Source: Candidatus Omnitrophota bacterium
GTDB lineage: Bacteria; Omnitrophota; Gorgyraeia; Zapsychrales; Zapsychraceae
Reading direction: 5' to 3'
DNA: 64,000 bases
Assembly (NCBI GenBank): GCA_029261055.1
Contig: JAJDCA010000071.1
Location: forward strand, 153,778-217,777
Under the pieces are notes generated by a model. That model was not told the origin of the DNA and did no database searches. It worked only from the letters and a program-made list of their open reading frames with translations. The translations under genes were made by a program, and so were the position numbers. Below, in pieces: positions 28,519 to 38,626 of the stretch (positions within the stretch are counted from its first letter, which is position 1; each line of letters begins with the position of its first letter).

Positions 28519-28920
28519 TTGAATTTGTCATCCATCCGAAAGAGTATACTCTTAAAATTGTTTTTGTTACCATTATTAATTTCTTTATCAGGGTGTATTT
28601 ATGTTGTTGTCGGAGGGGTTGGTGTTTTGGGTGGTTATATTGTCAGCCCGGATACGGTTGAAGGGGTTGTGGAAAATGATATGATAAGTGCATGGGAAAC
28701 GGCTGTTGATGTCGTTTCCATTATGGGCACGATTCAAGAAGAATATGAAAGTAGTGGTATTATACTTGCTCAAATTCATAGAGCTAAAGTAATTGTAACG
28801 CTAACATCATTAAGTGATTCGGCGGTAAAAGTAAATGTAAAAGCAAGAAAAACCCTTTTTCCAAGAATTTCTATCGCCCAGGATGTTTATGCAAAAGTTG
28901 TAAGCCGTCTGAATGAATAG
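28519..28920 (+). CDS. Small lipoprotein, hypothetical
   Basis: Signal peptide with lipobox LSGC, followed by a ~110-aa domain of unknown function. Confidence 0.5.
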   Translation: MNLSSIRKSILLKLFLLPLLISLSGCIYVVVGGVGVLGGYIVSPDTVEGVVENDMISAWETAVDVVSIMGTIQEEYESSGIILAQIHRAKVIVTLTSLSDSAVKVNVKARKTLFPRISIAQDVYAKVVSRLNE

Positions 28921-28987
28921 ACCAATAGAATATTTGACATTTAAGTTTTTTTGTATATCATAGGTGTTTCATATTTATTTTTTGAGT

Positions 28988-29063
<76 letters not shown>

Positions 29064-29176
29064 TTTTTCTTGAAGTTAACTACGAAGTCGAACAAAATGA
29101 GACTAAGTGATTTAGCCTAGTAGAATCAAAATGCCCGAACTATTTTTGTTCGGTTTTTTTATAGATATAAAAACTG

Positions 29177-29264
29177 CCGTTGTAGCTCAGTTTCCGCCAC
29201 AAAGCGTGGCAGATCCGCCATGTATTTTGGTGGAGGTAGGGCAAGTGAGTTTATTCGTAATTTT
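29177..29264 (+). pseudogene. Degenerate tRNA-Thr 5' fragment (D-arm + anticodon arm) interrupted by a ~44-nt insertion
   Basis: gccgttgtagctcagtt … gggcaagtgagtttattcgtaatttt matches the 5' half of the intact tRNA-Thr at 31659. There is no 3' half. Confidence 0.55.
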
Positions 29265-29336
29265 TTAATATTTTGATGAATATTGGTATTGAAGTAATTA
29301 GCATCTTTTGGTGCCGTTTATTGTGAGTTTAAGAAA

Positions 29337-29963
29337 ATGACAAAGATAAAAATTTGGGAATCATTTTGTGATGGTCAGAATTTTTTTTATGGAATTGGAT
29401 GTAAGAAGAATTATAAAAAAGCTTTTGAGTTTTTAATGATAGCTGCCAATAATGGAATTCCTCACGCTCAAAATCTTATTGGATTTTGCTATTCAGAAGG
29501 AAAAGGAATTAAGAAAGATAGTAAATCAGGCTTTAAATGGTATCGTAAGGCTGTCCTTAATAAAAAGAAACATGATTCCTCCAGAAAAAATAGAGCTATT
29601 GCTTTTTGTAATTTAGCTATGATGTGCGATGAAGGTAAAGGCGTCGAAAAAAATTCAAAACTTGCGTTTAAATATTATAAAAGTGCTGCTGAATTAGGGG
29701 ACACTGAATCCCAGTGTAATTTAGGAGTTTTATATCATGAAGGTCGTGGCATTCAGCAGAATGATAAGTTATCGATCTATTGGACTAGAAAAGCGGCAAA
29801 AAAAGGTGATGATATGGCTCAATATAACCTTGGATTGTTTTATTTGGATGGAGATGGAGTCCAAAAAAGTAATAAATTTGCAAATTTATGGTTAAAAAAG
29901 GCTTCTGGTAACAGGAATAAAAAAACTGAAAAGAAGTTAAAGTTGATTAACAAATGTAATTGA
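29337..29963 (+). CDS. Sel1-like repeat (SLR) protein
   Basis: Repeated 'A.NLG..Y..G.GV.KD..KA..WY.KAA' Sel1 motifs. Confidence 0.65.
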   Translation: MTKIKIWESFCDGQNFFYGIGCKKNYKKAFEFLMIAANNGIPHAQNLIGFCYSEGKGIKKDSKSGFKWYRKAVLNKKKHDSSRKNRAIAFCNLAMMCDEGKGVEKNSKLAFKYYKSAAELGDTESQCNLGVLYHEGRGIQQNDKLSIYWTRKAAKKGDDMAQYNLGLFYLDGDGVQKSNKFANLWLKKASGNRNKKTEKKLKLINKCN

Positions 29964-30011
29964 TTCTAGTGCTCATCCTTTATAAAAGACAGCATTTATT
30001 TATGGCTCCAC

Positions 30012-30743
30012 ATGAAAGTTAAAATTTTAATAGTTTATTTTGTCTCGATAATGTGTAATTCTTATGCTTTTGCTGATGATATAAGTGGTTATGATGCTTG
30101 TCCTAAATCAGATTATAAATTAACTTTAAATGAATTTAGGAGTTTTGATAATCCAAGAGGTGTTGATATTACTTGTGAATATGAAAAACGATTTACACTT
30201 AGAGTGTGGTATTATTTAGATTCAGTTGAAAGTCAAGAGTTGTGTGAGAAGACAGCTTCATATATTGCATCGAATTCTAATGAAATTGAATTTATTAGGA
30301 AAGAAGAATCTCAATATACAGGTGTTGGCATAGAAGTTAAAAAACAATTTAAAAATTTTGTTATATTGAGTGTACTCAAAGATGGACCTTCTGAGAAGGC
30401 AGGTATTAAAGTTAATGATCAAATTCTTATGATTAACGAAGAGAGTGTAACAAACTTAAGTTTTGAAGAAGGTATTAAAATGATTGGAGGTCCAGAAAGT
30501 ACAAATATTAGGTTAAAAATATACAGACCAGAAGAAATGAATTATTTTGAAGTACTCCTAAGTCGTGAATTGTTAGCTCCTGCCTCAGTTACATTAACAA
30601 AGCTAAGTAGAGATTCTTTAATATCTGTTATGGTTAGAATGCCAAAAAGTGAAGAAAGTAATCAGGAGTTGATTGAATATTGGCAAGGAATGGCCAATCA
30701 GTTTTTATTTAGATTTAAAAATGAAGCTTATCAATGTAATTAA
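30012..30743 (+). CDS. Secreted PDZ-domain protein
   Basis: Signal peptide and PDZ motif (…GVGIEVKK…VLKDGPSEKAGIKVNDQILMINEESV…). Confidence 0.55.
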   Translation: MKVKILIVYFVSIMCNSYAFADDISGYDACPKSDYKLTLNEFRSFDNPRGVDITCEYEKRFTLRVWYYLDSVESQELCEKTASYIASNSNEIEFIRKEESQYTGVGIEVKKQFKNFVILSVLKDGPSEKAGIKVNDQILMINEESVTNLSFEEGIKMIGGPESTNIRLKIYRPEEMNYFEVLLSRELLAPASVTLTKLSRDSLISVMVRMPKSEESNQELIEYWQGMANQFLFRFKNEAYQCN

Positions 30744-30801
30744 AATATAGAAAAAGTGAAAAATTATAGAATATAGTATTAAAAATTTTTTAATTTCCAT
30801 G

Positions 30802-30848
30802 ACGTTGTAGCTCAGTTAGTAGGGCCAGTGAGTTCATTCGTAATTTTC
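30802..30848 (+). pseudogene. Degenerate tRNA-Thr 5' fragment
   Basis: acgttgtagctcagttagtagggccagtgagttcattcgtaatttt aligns to positions 1-~40 of the tRNA-Thr at 31659. The 3' half is absent. Confidence 0.55.
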
Positions 30849-30975
30849 TAAATTTGTAGATATATTGCTTTTTGAACAGAAAATAGGATATAAAATTTGA
30901 GAAATATACTGACATAATTAAACCTAGTAGAGTTTTTCATACTTAATAGAATTTAAGAATAATAAAGAATTTGTT

Positions 30976-31572
30976 ATGCTACAGATTATCAAGCGTATAA
31001 TTCGTGCAGCTAAATTGGATTTAACTCTTTATGAAGAAATTAAATTCGATAAAACAGCCACACGTCAGGCAATATTTATTGTTGCTTCGTGTAGTTCTTT
31101 TTTAGGGGTGTTTCTTTCTATAGCGAGTCGAAATTTAATTTTTATACCAATGTATATCATATCGGGATTAGTAAGTTGGTATATTTTGACGTATTGTATT
31201 TATTTTGTTGGTACAAAATTTCTTAAATCTTCACAAACAAACGTTGATCACAGGAGTTTGTTAAGAACGATAGGGTTTTCCTATTCCCCTGGATTAATAA
31301 TATTTTTATTCTTAATTCCTGGTATTGAGTTGAATTTGTTAATTTTAATTGTTAAAATTTGGATGTTAAGTTCATTGGTTATTGCGGTACAAAATACTTT
31401 TGGTTATAAAAATGTAGGGAGAGCGATAGGTGTTTGCATTATAGGGTGGATTGTTCAAATTGTTTTTTATATTATTCTTGGGACGCTATTGTTTATTGTT
31501 AAAAAATCTTCGAACAAGACTCCATCAAAAGATTTAAAGCTTGAGGATAATAGAATTTCAATCCCAGGATAG
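30976..31572 (+). CDS. Yip1-like multi-TM membrane protein, hypothetical
   Basis: 198 aa with 4-5 hydrophobic helices. No catalytic motif recognised. Confidence 0.4.
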   Translation: MLQIIKRIIRAAKLDLTLYEEIKFDKTATRQAIFIVASCSSFLGVFLSIASRNLIFIPMYIISGLVSWYILTYCIYFVGTKFLKSSQTNVDHRSLLRTIGFSYSPGLIIFLFLIPGIELNLLILIVKIWMLSSLVIAVQNTFGYKNVGRAIGVCIIGWIVQIVFYIILGTLLFIVKKSSNKTPSKDLKLEDNRISIPG

Positions 31573-31658
31573 CGTGGAATATGGTTTTAAATGTTAAAAA
31601 ATATGGGGAATAGACATCTAAATAGGGAAAGTCCACTGTCCCTCAATTACAAATTCAT

Positions 31659-31731
<73 letters not shown>

Positions 31732-31865
31732 TTTATTTAGGAATTTCGATGCTTTAACGAAATTCCAAACGGGTTTAATACCCTTGATTATCCTTCTTGA
31801 AAGATTTTTTATAAGATGATATACTTCTGCCTTAACTCATTGAAAGAAAATACGTTTTGCTTCTT

Positions 31866-33368
31866 ATGAAAAATTTCTTAATAAAAATATGGGTGTTTCT
31901 TGTAGTTATCTTTCTTGGGCTTCCTTTTGCCGCACAAGGACAGGGGACGGCTACGGATTCTTATACGCATCATGGTCGCGTTATGTTGGAGTGGGGAAAT
32001 GTGACTGAGGCTGTTGATGATTTTAGCAAGGCTATTTTGCGTGATCCTCATAATAGAGAAGCCCAAGGGCAATTGATGGCCTTGGCTTCGCAGGGTAGCT
32101 TAACGCCTCAACAAAGGATCAATTTGGTCCTTTTGAAAGACTTAGTGAAATATAATCAGAGCCTTGAGGCTAAAGTAGATTATTATGAAACTAAAAATAG
32201 GCTGCTTAGAGAAATTCTCATCCAGAAAGGATATCCTGTACCTTTTAGTGATGAAGAAATTATACAGATTAAGTTTAATGGAACATCAGCTGAACCATTA
32301 GAGCAAGTGAATGCAGCGTTAAGGTTTGAAAAACAACAATTATCAGATAAAATTGTATTTTTGAAAAAAGAGTATGATCGTTTAAGAAATGTGCGCAGTG
32401 AGAACTTCTCAAATGTGCGGCGTGTTGTTAAAACGCAACCATCGGAAAGGATAACGCATTTTTATAACCCGTATTCTGAAGATTTTCATAATAGAACAAA
32501 AGGTTCAACAGAATCTTTGAATGTTCCATCAGAGCAGATAATTCGAAATCAAGACATGTATGCGGCTCAATTTAAACCTGTGGAAGTCCCAACGGTTATA
32601 TCGGCATCACGAGAAGATGCCCTTATGTTGAAAAACGAATTAGCCCTTGTACTTGGAAAATTGAATAATTTGGAAAGAAATATTACACAGAAAGATCAAA
32701 GAATTGAAGAATTAAATAAACAAATCGTTAATTATGCCTTGGAGCTTTCTGAAGTTAAAATGATGTTAACACAAAAGATTGAAAAAATTTCGTCATTTAA
32801 TACGGCATTGATTGATATACAGTCGCGATTTGAACTTGGGCAGAGAATAATCCAAGAAAAAGATGGAACAATTCAATCCGTTCAAGCTATGCTTCAAGAG
32901 GTCAGGACACAGTTATTTTCACGGGAAAATGAAATAAAGACTATCCTAACGTCTAAGGATGAAAAATTGGTTGAGCTGAACGGCATATTGCAAGTTTACA
33001 AGGAAAAGCTCGGTGATGTTCACCAAGAAGTAAAAGAAAAAGGGGCAAGTGTGTCTACTTTAGAAGATCAATTAACGCTTGTGCAGGTTAAAATGTTTGA
33101 GAAAAATAAAATGCTTCGTAAAACACAAGAACAATTTTTGAAATTAGAAGGACAGTTAAAGGATATTCAAAATAATGTGTTTGAATTAAAGGGGTATTCA
33201 AAAGGCAATAGTAAAATTCTTGAATTTGATGAAGATGTTTCAGGTTTGCAAGGTGAGTTAAAAAATATTCACCAATTTTTATTAAAGCAATTAAGCAGTT
33301 TTGAGGATTCTAACAGTAATTTTGCTGTTGAGGATTTGCGTGACGTCAGGGAAATGCTTGATAAGTAA
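31866..33368 (+). CDS. Secreted coiled-coil protein with an N-terminal TPR-like segment, hypothetical
   Basis: Signal peptide (MKNFLIKIWVFLVVIFLGLPFAAQG), then long heptad-rich, Q/E/K-rich sequence. Confidence 0.5.
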   Translation: MKNFLIKIWVFLVVIFLGLPFAAQGQGTATDSYTHHGRVMLEWGNVTEAVDDFSKAILRDPHNREAQGQLMALASQGSLTPQQRINLVLLKDLVKYNQSLEAKVDYYETKNRLLREILIQKGYPVPFSDEEIIQIKFNGTSAEPLEQVNAALRFEKQQLSDKIVFLKKEYDRLRNVRSENFSNVRRVVKTQPSERITHFYNPYSEDFHNRTKGSTESLNVPSEQIIRNQDMYAAQFKPVEVPTVISASREDALMLKNELALVLGKLNNLERNITQKDQRIEELNKQIVNYALELSEVKMMLTQKIEKISSFNTALIDIQSRFELGQRIIQEKDGTIQSVQAMLQEVRTQLFSRENEIKTILTSKDEKLVELNGILQVYKEKLGDVHQEVKEKGASVSTLEDQLTLVQVKMFEKNKMLRKTQEQFLKLEGQLKDIQNNVFELKGYSKGNSKILEFDEDVSGLQGELKNIHQFLLKQLSSFEDSNSNFAVEDLRDVREMLDK

Positions 33369-34852
33369 TGAAATTATTTTCTAAATATTTGTTATTGTTT
33401 TTTGGTTTATGGAGCGTAACGGCTGTTTCTACGGCGGCTTTACCACCGACAGATGCTGTTGTTAAAGTTTTTGTTACGTCCAACAGCATGGATTATCAAA
33501 GTCCCTGGCAATCTGAGGGAACGCAGGTTGCAGGTGGCTCAGGCAGTATTATCAGCGGCAATAGAATTCTTACCAATGCCCACGTAGTAGCCGATCACAC
33601 TTTTATTCAAGTCAAAAGAAATGCCGATCCTAAGAAATATACAGCTAAGGTTGAAGTTATTGGTTACGATTGTGATTTAGCTCTCCTTTCCGTTGATGAT
33701 CCCGATTTTTTTAAAGATATTAAGCCGTTAGATTTTGGTCAGTTGCCCAGTTTGCAAGATACGGTGGCTGTTTTAGGGTATCCACAAGGTGGGGATAAAC
33801 TTTCGATTACAAAAGGGGTTGTCTCCCGTATTGAGTTAACTTCTTACGTTATTAGTTCCCGAAAATTATTAGCCGTACAAATTGATGCTGCCATTAATCC
33901 TGGCAATAGCGGTGGTCCAGTGGTAAAGGATGGTCAAATTGTTGGTGTCGCCATGCAGGGGTATAAATGGGCGCAAAGTATTGGATATATGATTCCGATT
34001 CCGGTTATCGAACATTTTTTTCAAGATCTTGAAGATGGAACCTATGATGGTTTTCCAGTTATGGGGATTGAGTTTCATAATACGGAAAATAAGGCGCTCA
34101 GAAAATTTTATGATCTTGGAAAAGATGAAGGCGGTATACTTGTTAATAAGGTTTTACCATTTTCACCAGCCTTTGAAGTTATTAAGGCAGGAGATATTAT
34201 TCTTAAGATAGGCGATGTTTCTATTGGTGAAGATGGAACATTTGCTTTTCAAGGTGGTGAGCGGCTTTCAATGTCTTACCTTATTACAAGCCAACAAATC
34301 GAGGGGAAAATTTCGATAAAAGTTAAACGTAATAAGAAAGTGAAAGATGTTATTGTCAAGCTGAGTTCTTTTGTACCATTAGTGCCGTATCCGCATCATT
34401 TTAAAAAACCATCGTATTATATTTTTGGGGGTTTGGTTTTTACTGTGCTGAGTGCAGATTTATTAAGTTCGTGGGGTGAACGGTGGTGGGAAAATGCCCC
34501 TTTAGAACTAAGTAATTATTATTTTGGAACAGGTCGGTTGAATGATAAAAAACGTCAAGAATTAGTTGTTCTTTTAGACGTTTTATCCGATGATGTCAAT
34601 GTTGGTTATCATAATCAAGCCAATGTTATCATTACAAAGGTTAATGATCAGGAGTTTAGGTCATTCAAAGAGTTTGTATTGCTTCTCAATAAAATAAAGA
34701 CTAAGGAAGAATATACTTTAATTGAGACGGAGCGCGCTTCACGCATTGTTTTGGATAATGCAAATATTGATCAAATTGATGAAAAAATTTTAAACCGCAA
34801 CAATATTCCTTACCTGTACTCATCGGATGTTGCTAACTGGCTTGGAAAATAA
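33368..34852 (+). CDS. HtrA/DegP-family (S1C) periplasmic serine protease with PDZ domain
   Basis: Catalytic His 'ILTNAHVV', Asp in 'DCDLALL', Ser in 'GNSGGPVV'. PDZ 'GILVNKVLPFSPAFEVIKAGDIIL'. Signal peptide present. Confidence 0.75.
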   Translation: MKLFSKYLLLFFGLWSVTAVSTAALPPTDAVVKVFVTSNSMDYQSPWQSEGTQVAGGSGSIISGNRILTNAHVVADHTFIQVKRNADPKKYTAKVEVIGYDCDLALLSVDDPDFFKDIKPLDFGQLPSLQDTVAVLGYPQGGDKLSITKGVVSRIELTSYVISSRKLLAVQIDAAINPGNSGGPVVKDGQIVGVAMQGYKWAQSIGYMIPIPVIEHFFQDLEDGTYDGFPVMGIEFHNTENKALRKFYDLGKDEGGILVNKVLPFSPAFEVIKAGDIILKIGDVSIGEDGTFAFQGGERLSMSYLITSQQIEGKISIKVKRNKKVKDVIVKLSSFVPLVPYPHHFKKPSYYIFGGLVFTVLSADLLSSWGERWWENAPLELSNYYFGTGRLNDKKRQELVVLLDVLSDDVNVGYHNQANVIITKVNDQEFRSFKEFVLLLNKIKTKEEYTLIETERASRIVLDNANIDQIDEKILNRNNIPYLYSSDVANWLGK

Positions 34853-34854
34853 TT

Positions 34855-35787
34855 TTGAAAAAATTAAATTCTTACCCCAAAAGTAAATCAAATTATTTTG
34901 TTCTTATTTTAAAAGGTTTTTGTATGGGAACCGCGGATATTATTCCCGGTATTTCCGGTGGGACCATTGCTTTTATTTTAGGTATTTATGAGGAATTTAT
35001 CCAGTCTATCAAATCATTTGACCTGCCGTTTTTGCAATTGCTTTTTCGTTTTAGAATTCGTGAAGCTTTTCAGAAGGTGTCCTGGAAATTTCTTGGGTCT
35101 ATTCTTCTAGGTATTATTTGTGCAATTTTAACTTTGTCAAAATCTCTTAGTTGGCTTTTACACAATAAGCCGATCTTAATTAATTCGTTTTTCTTTGGAC
35201 TGATCTTAGCCACGATTCCTATTGTTATGCGTGTTATGAAACAATGGACTGTAGCTAAGGGGATATCCGTTGTCGTTGCGGCTATGGGGACTTATTTTTT
35301 TGTAGGGATGGCACCGGTATCAACACCTGAGGCATTATGGTTTGTTTTTTTAAGTGGGGCGGTAGCCATCAGTGCCATGATTATGCCGGGGGTTTCTGGC
35401 GCCTTTATTTTAGTTTTATTTGGCAAATATAGTTTTATTCTTGATGCGGTGAATCATCGTGATTTTGTGGTTTTAGGTGTTTTTATTTTAGGTATTGGTG
35501 TAGGGGTTATAACATTTGTTCGTGTTTTAAGTTGGCTTTTTAAAAATTACCATGATGCAACTATTGCCGTTATTACCGGAGTTGTCATTGGTTCTCTCAA
35601 TAAAATTTGGCCATGGAAAGAAACCATACGAGAAATAACGACAAGTCATGGGAAAATTATACCGATTGAGCAAATAAATATATGGCCAGCGTCCATAAAT
35701 AATGAAGTAGGTTTTGCCGTTGGGCTTATGGTTATTGGATTTGTTATGGCGTTAAATTTAAATGTTTTTGGCAATAAGAAATCATAA
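34855..35787 (+). CDS. DUF368-family polytopic membrane protein (putative polyprenyl-phosphate transporter family)
   Basis: Repeated 'PG(I/V)SGG' motifs (IIPGISGGTIAF…, MPGVSGAFIL) characteristic of DUF368. Confidence 0.5.
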   Translation: MKKLNSYPKSKSNYFVLILKGFCMGTADIIPGISGGTIAFILGIYEEFIQSIKSFDLPFLQLLFRFRIREAFQKVSWKFLGSILLGIICAILTLSKSLSWLLHNKPILINSFFFGLILATIPIVMRVMKQWTVAKGISVVVAAMGTYFFVGMAPVSTPEALWFVFLSGAVAISAMIMPGVSGAFILVLFGKYSFILDAVNHRDFVVLGVFILGIGVGVITFVRVLSWLFKNYHDATIAVITGVVIGSLNKIWPWKETIREITTSHGKIIPIEQINIWPASINNEVGFAVGLMVIGFVMALNLNVFGNKKS

Positions 35788-35799
35788 AAAAGGAGGCTT

Positions 35800-37131
35800 A
35801 TGCAACGTATCTTTTTAAAAATTATTATGACATTTGGGTTTATTTTTTGTTCCGGCAGTTTAGCTTTTTCTGGTGAGGAGATTGGGGTTGATTCCGGTGT
35901 GACTTCCTGGATGATAACATCAACGGCATTAGTGCTTTTGATGATTCCGGGATTGGCCATGTTTTATGGTGGTTTGGTACGTGCGAAAAATGTTCTTGGG
36001 ACTATGTTGCACAGTTACAGTGCCATGGCAATTATCGGTGTTTTTTGGGCCGTCTGTGGTTATTCTATGAGTTTTGGTCCGAGTGTGATGGGAGGGTGGT
36101 TTGGATGGGATCCCGACTTGGTTTTTCTGTCAGGGATTGATGATAAAATTATGGACGCGGGGGTTCCGGAATATGTATTTGCCATGTTCCAGGGGAAATT
36201 TGCGATTATCACACCTGCTATCATTGCAGGGGCCTTTGCTGAAAGGGTACGTTTTAAGACCTATTGTATTTTTATTCTATTGTGGACTATTTTGGTCTAT
36301 TCCCCTTTATGCCATTGGGTTTGGGCTGAGGATGGTTTTATTTTTAACATGGGGGCTAATGGAGCTATTGATTTTGCCGGTGGGACAGTGGTTCATATTT
36401 CATCAGGAATCAGTGCGTTAGTTATTGCTCTTTATTTAGGCTCCCGGCGTGGTTATCCAAGAACGGCTATGCATCCGAATAATCTTGTGATGACATTGAT
36501 TGGAGCCGGTCTTTTATGGGTGGGTTGGTTTGGATTTAATGCAGGAAGTTCAATAGGAAGTAATCTGGACACAGCCCGAGCTTTAACGGTTACGCAAGTT
36601 GCCGGTGCATCCGGAGCTTTGATGTGGATGCTGATAGAAGGCTTCAAACATGAAAAGGTTACCAGTTTAGGGGTGGCGAGTGGTATTTTAGCTGGGTTGG
36701 TTGTTATAACGCCGGCAGCCGGTGTGGTGCAGGTTAAAGGGGCGATTATTTTGGGTTTTATTGCTTCGATTTTTAGTTATAGTGCTATTCAGATGAAAAA
36801 TAAATTAGGATATGATGATACTTTAGATGTATTTGGCATACACGGCGTATCCGGGATTGTCGGAGCTCTTGGGTTGACATTTTTTATCCGTTCCAGTTGG
36901 ATGGAAGAAGCGGCAATTTTGGCCGGCGGTTCATGGACCGTTCTCCAGCAGTTAGGCGTACAAGCTTTGGCCGTATTGATTACTGTTATTTATGCTTCAA
37001 TTATTACATTCATTTTGGTTGTTATTTTAGAAAAGACAATAGGTTTTCGTATCACAGAAAGAGAAGAAATGGAAGGTCTTGATCATAGCCTTCATGGCGA
37101 ACATGGGTATGGGTTAATTAATTTGAATTAA
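35800..37131 (+). CDS. amtB: Ammonium transporter
   Basis: Amt signatures 'DFAGGTVVHISSG' and 'GAGLLWVGWFGFNAGS'. Signal peptide. A P-II gene follows. Confidence 0.9.
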   Translation: MQRIFLKIIMTFGFIFCSGSLAFSGEEIGVDSGVTSWMITSTALVLLMIPGLAMFYGGLVRAKNVLGTMLHSYSAMAIIGVFWAVCGYSMSFGPSVMGGWFGWDPDLVFLSGIDDKIMDAGVPEYVFAMFQGKFAIITPAIIAGAFAERVRFKTYCIFILLWTILVYSPLCHWVWAEDGFIFNMGANGAIDFAGGTVVHISSGISALVIALYLGSRRGYPRTAMHPNNLVMTLIGAGLLWVGWFGFNAGSSIGSNLDTARALTVTQVAGASGALMWMLIEGFKHEKVTSLGVASGILAGLVVITPAAGVVQVKGAIILGFIASIFSYSAIQMKNKLGYDDTLDVFGIHGVSGIVGALGLTFFIRSSWMEEAAILAGGSWTVLQQLGVQALAVLITVIYASIITFILVVILEKTIGFRITEREEMEGLDHSLHGEHGYGLINLN

Positions 37132-37260
37132 AGGTTATTCTTAGAGAAGCAAGAAATAAAGAAGTAAGAATCAGAGAGATAAAACAGCGTTAATTTTTTG
37201 TTTTGTTCTTTGCATCTTGCTTCTTTGTGCCTGTGCTTCTTTATTAGTGAGGAGAGTTAT

Positions 37261-37602
37261 ATGAAACTTATTACTGCAATAATTCAACCTGATAAATTAG
37301 ATGAGGTACGGGAAGCTCTTATAAAAAAAGATATTAAACGCATCACGGCCAGTCGTGTTACAGGGCGTGGTCAGCATGTTGAAGAAGATTTGTACCGCGG
37401 TCAGGAAGTGGCCCTTGATTTAATTCCAAAGGTACGTGTTGATATTGCCTGTAATGAAAAATTTGTTAAGGTCATTTGCGATACCATTATCAAATCTGCC
37501 CGGCATAATAACGGAAAGTTGGGGGATGGAAAGATTTTTGTCACAAATCTTGAAGAATGTATCCGCATCCGCACCGGTGAAAAAGGGGCGGATGCTATTT
37601 AG
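37261..37602 (+). CDS. glnK: Nitrogen regulatory protein P-II
   Basis: MKLITAIIQPDKLDEVREAL…RVTGRGQH…GDGKIFV is a classic P-II sequence. Start chosen at the ATG with GAGGAGAG SD rather than the upstream ORF-track ATG. amtB-glnK pairing. Confidence 0.9.
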   Translation: MKLITAIIQPDKLDEVREALIKKDIKRITASRVTGRGQHVEEDLYRGQEVALDLIPKVRVDIACNEKFVKVICDTIIKSARHNNGKLGDGKIFVTNLEECIRIRTGEKGADAI

Positions 37603-37625
37603 TCTATAAATATAGTCAAAAAACC

Positions 37626-37680
37626 GGGGCAGGTATGAATTTAAAATATATCTTTAAATTTGTATCTGCCCTTGTTTTTT
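37626..37680 (+). terminator. Rho-independent terminator after glnK
   Basis: gggcag…ctgccc stem with an internal aatttaaa/tttaaatt sub-stem, followed by ttgtttttt. Confidence 0.5.
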
Positions 37681-37717
37681 GGATATGTCTATAAGTCGTA
37701 TGTTATACTTATAATGA

Positions 37718-38569
37718 ATGGAAATGAGATGGGAATTTAAAAGATTAAATAAAGAGAAAATTATGCGTTATTTTAGAACTAACAAACAAATTGTTGTTTT
37801 ATTGACAGTATGCCACTTTTTGTTAATAAGTGGGGTAGGAGGGGTTTATGCTTTTGATTTGAGCCTGGAAGGTAAGAAGTTGTATGAAGAGAAAACAGGA
37901 AAGAATTGGCAGGATGCGACTATTTATGAACAGGAAACTTTTTTGCAATATTTTCGAACTAGAAAACTTAATTCTACAAGAAATGTTAATAGTCAAAGAC
38001 AGGCGAAGGATGTAAACGAAGAAACGCAGGAGGTCAGTCAAGAAGTTCTAAAACGTACTCTTAAAATTCGTGGTGAATTTAAGGAAAAGACAGGTAAGGA
38101 GTGGGGTCAGGCGAATGAACGTGAGCAAGAAATATTTCTTAAGCATTTTCGTATTATTGAATTAAAGGAAAAACAAAAGAAGGTAACAAAAAAATATGCT
38201 CCGGATCCTAATGTTACATTAGAAATTCGTCGTAATTTTGAAAGAGGTCGAAATAAAAAATGGGAAGAGGCTACTGAGGAAGAGCAGAATAAATTTTTTA
38301 AAGATTATGAAAAGGCAAAAAAAATAGAGCTACAAAAAGAGTCCCGAAGAATACTTCAAGTAAAAAGGTCTGGGCAAATATCTGAAAGAAATAAAAAGAA
38401 TGCAAAAAGAAGTAAAAAGCGAGCCAAGATGCGGGAAGAAAGAGAAAGGATGCTTGAGCATCGCGCTAAGGAAAAGAAACGTCAGGATATACGGAGATGG
38501 ATCGTACAGACAAAAAGGAATTTTGATCGTAAACGCCAACAAATGCAGAGGAAGCGAAAGAAAAGGTGA
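37718..38569 (+). CDS. Secreted lysine/arginine-rich tandem-repeat protein, hypothetical
   Basis: Three ~45-aa repeats with core K(T/R)GK.W..A.E.EQE.FLK.F, a highly basic C-terminus (KRSKKRAKMREERERM…RKRKKR), and a signal-like segment after M37763. Confidence 0.5.
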   Translation: MEMRWEFKRLNKEKIMRYFRTNKQIVVLLTVCHFLLISGVGGVYAFDLSLEGKKLYEEKTGKNWQDATIYEQETFLQYFRTRKLNSTRNVNSQRQAKDVNEETQEVSQEVLKRTLKIRGEFKEKTGKEWGQANEREQEIFLKHFRIIELKEKQKKVTKKYAPDPNVTLEIRRNFERGRNKKWEEATEEEQNKFFKDYEKAKKIELQKESRRILQVKRSGQISERNKKNAKRSKKRAKMREERERMLEHRAKEKKRQDIRRWIVQTKRNFDRKRQQMQRKRKKR

Positions 38570-38626
38570 TAATAGCATCAAATCATCTTGCCAAATTTTC
38601 CCACCCAAATTACAATAAGTCATTTT

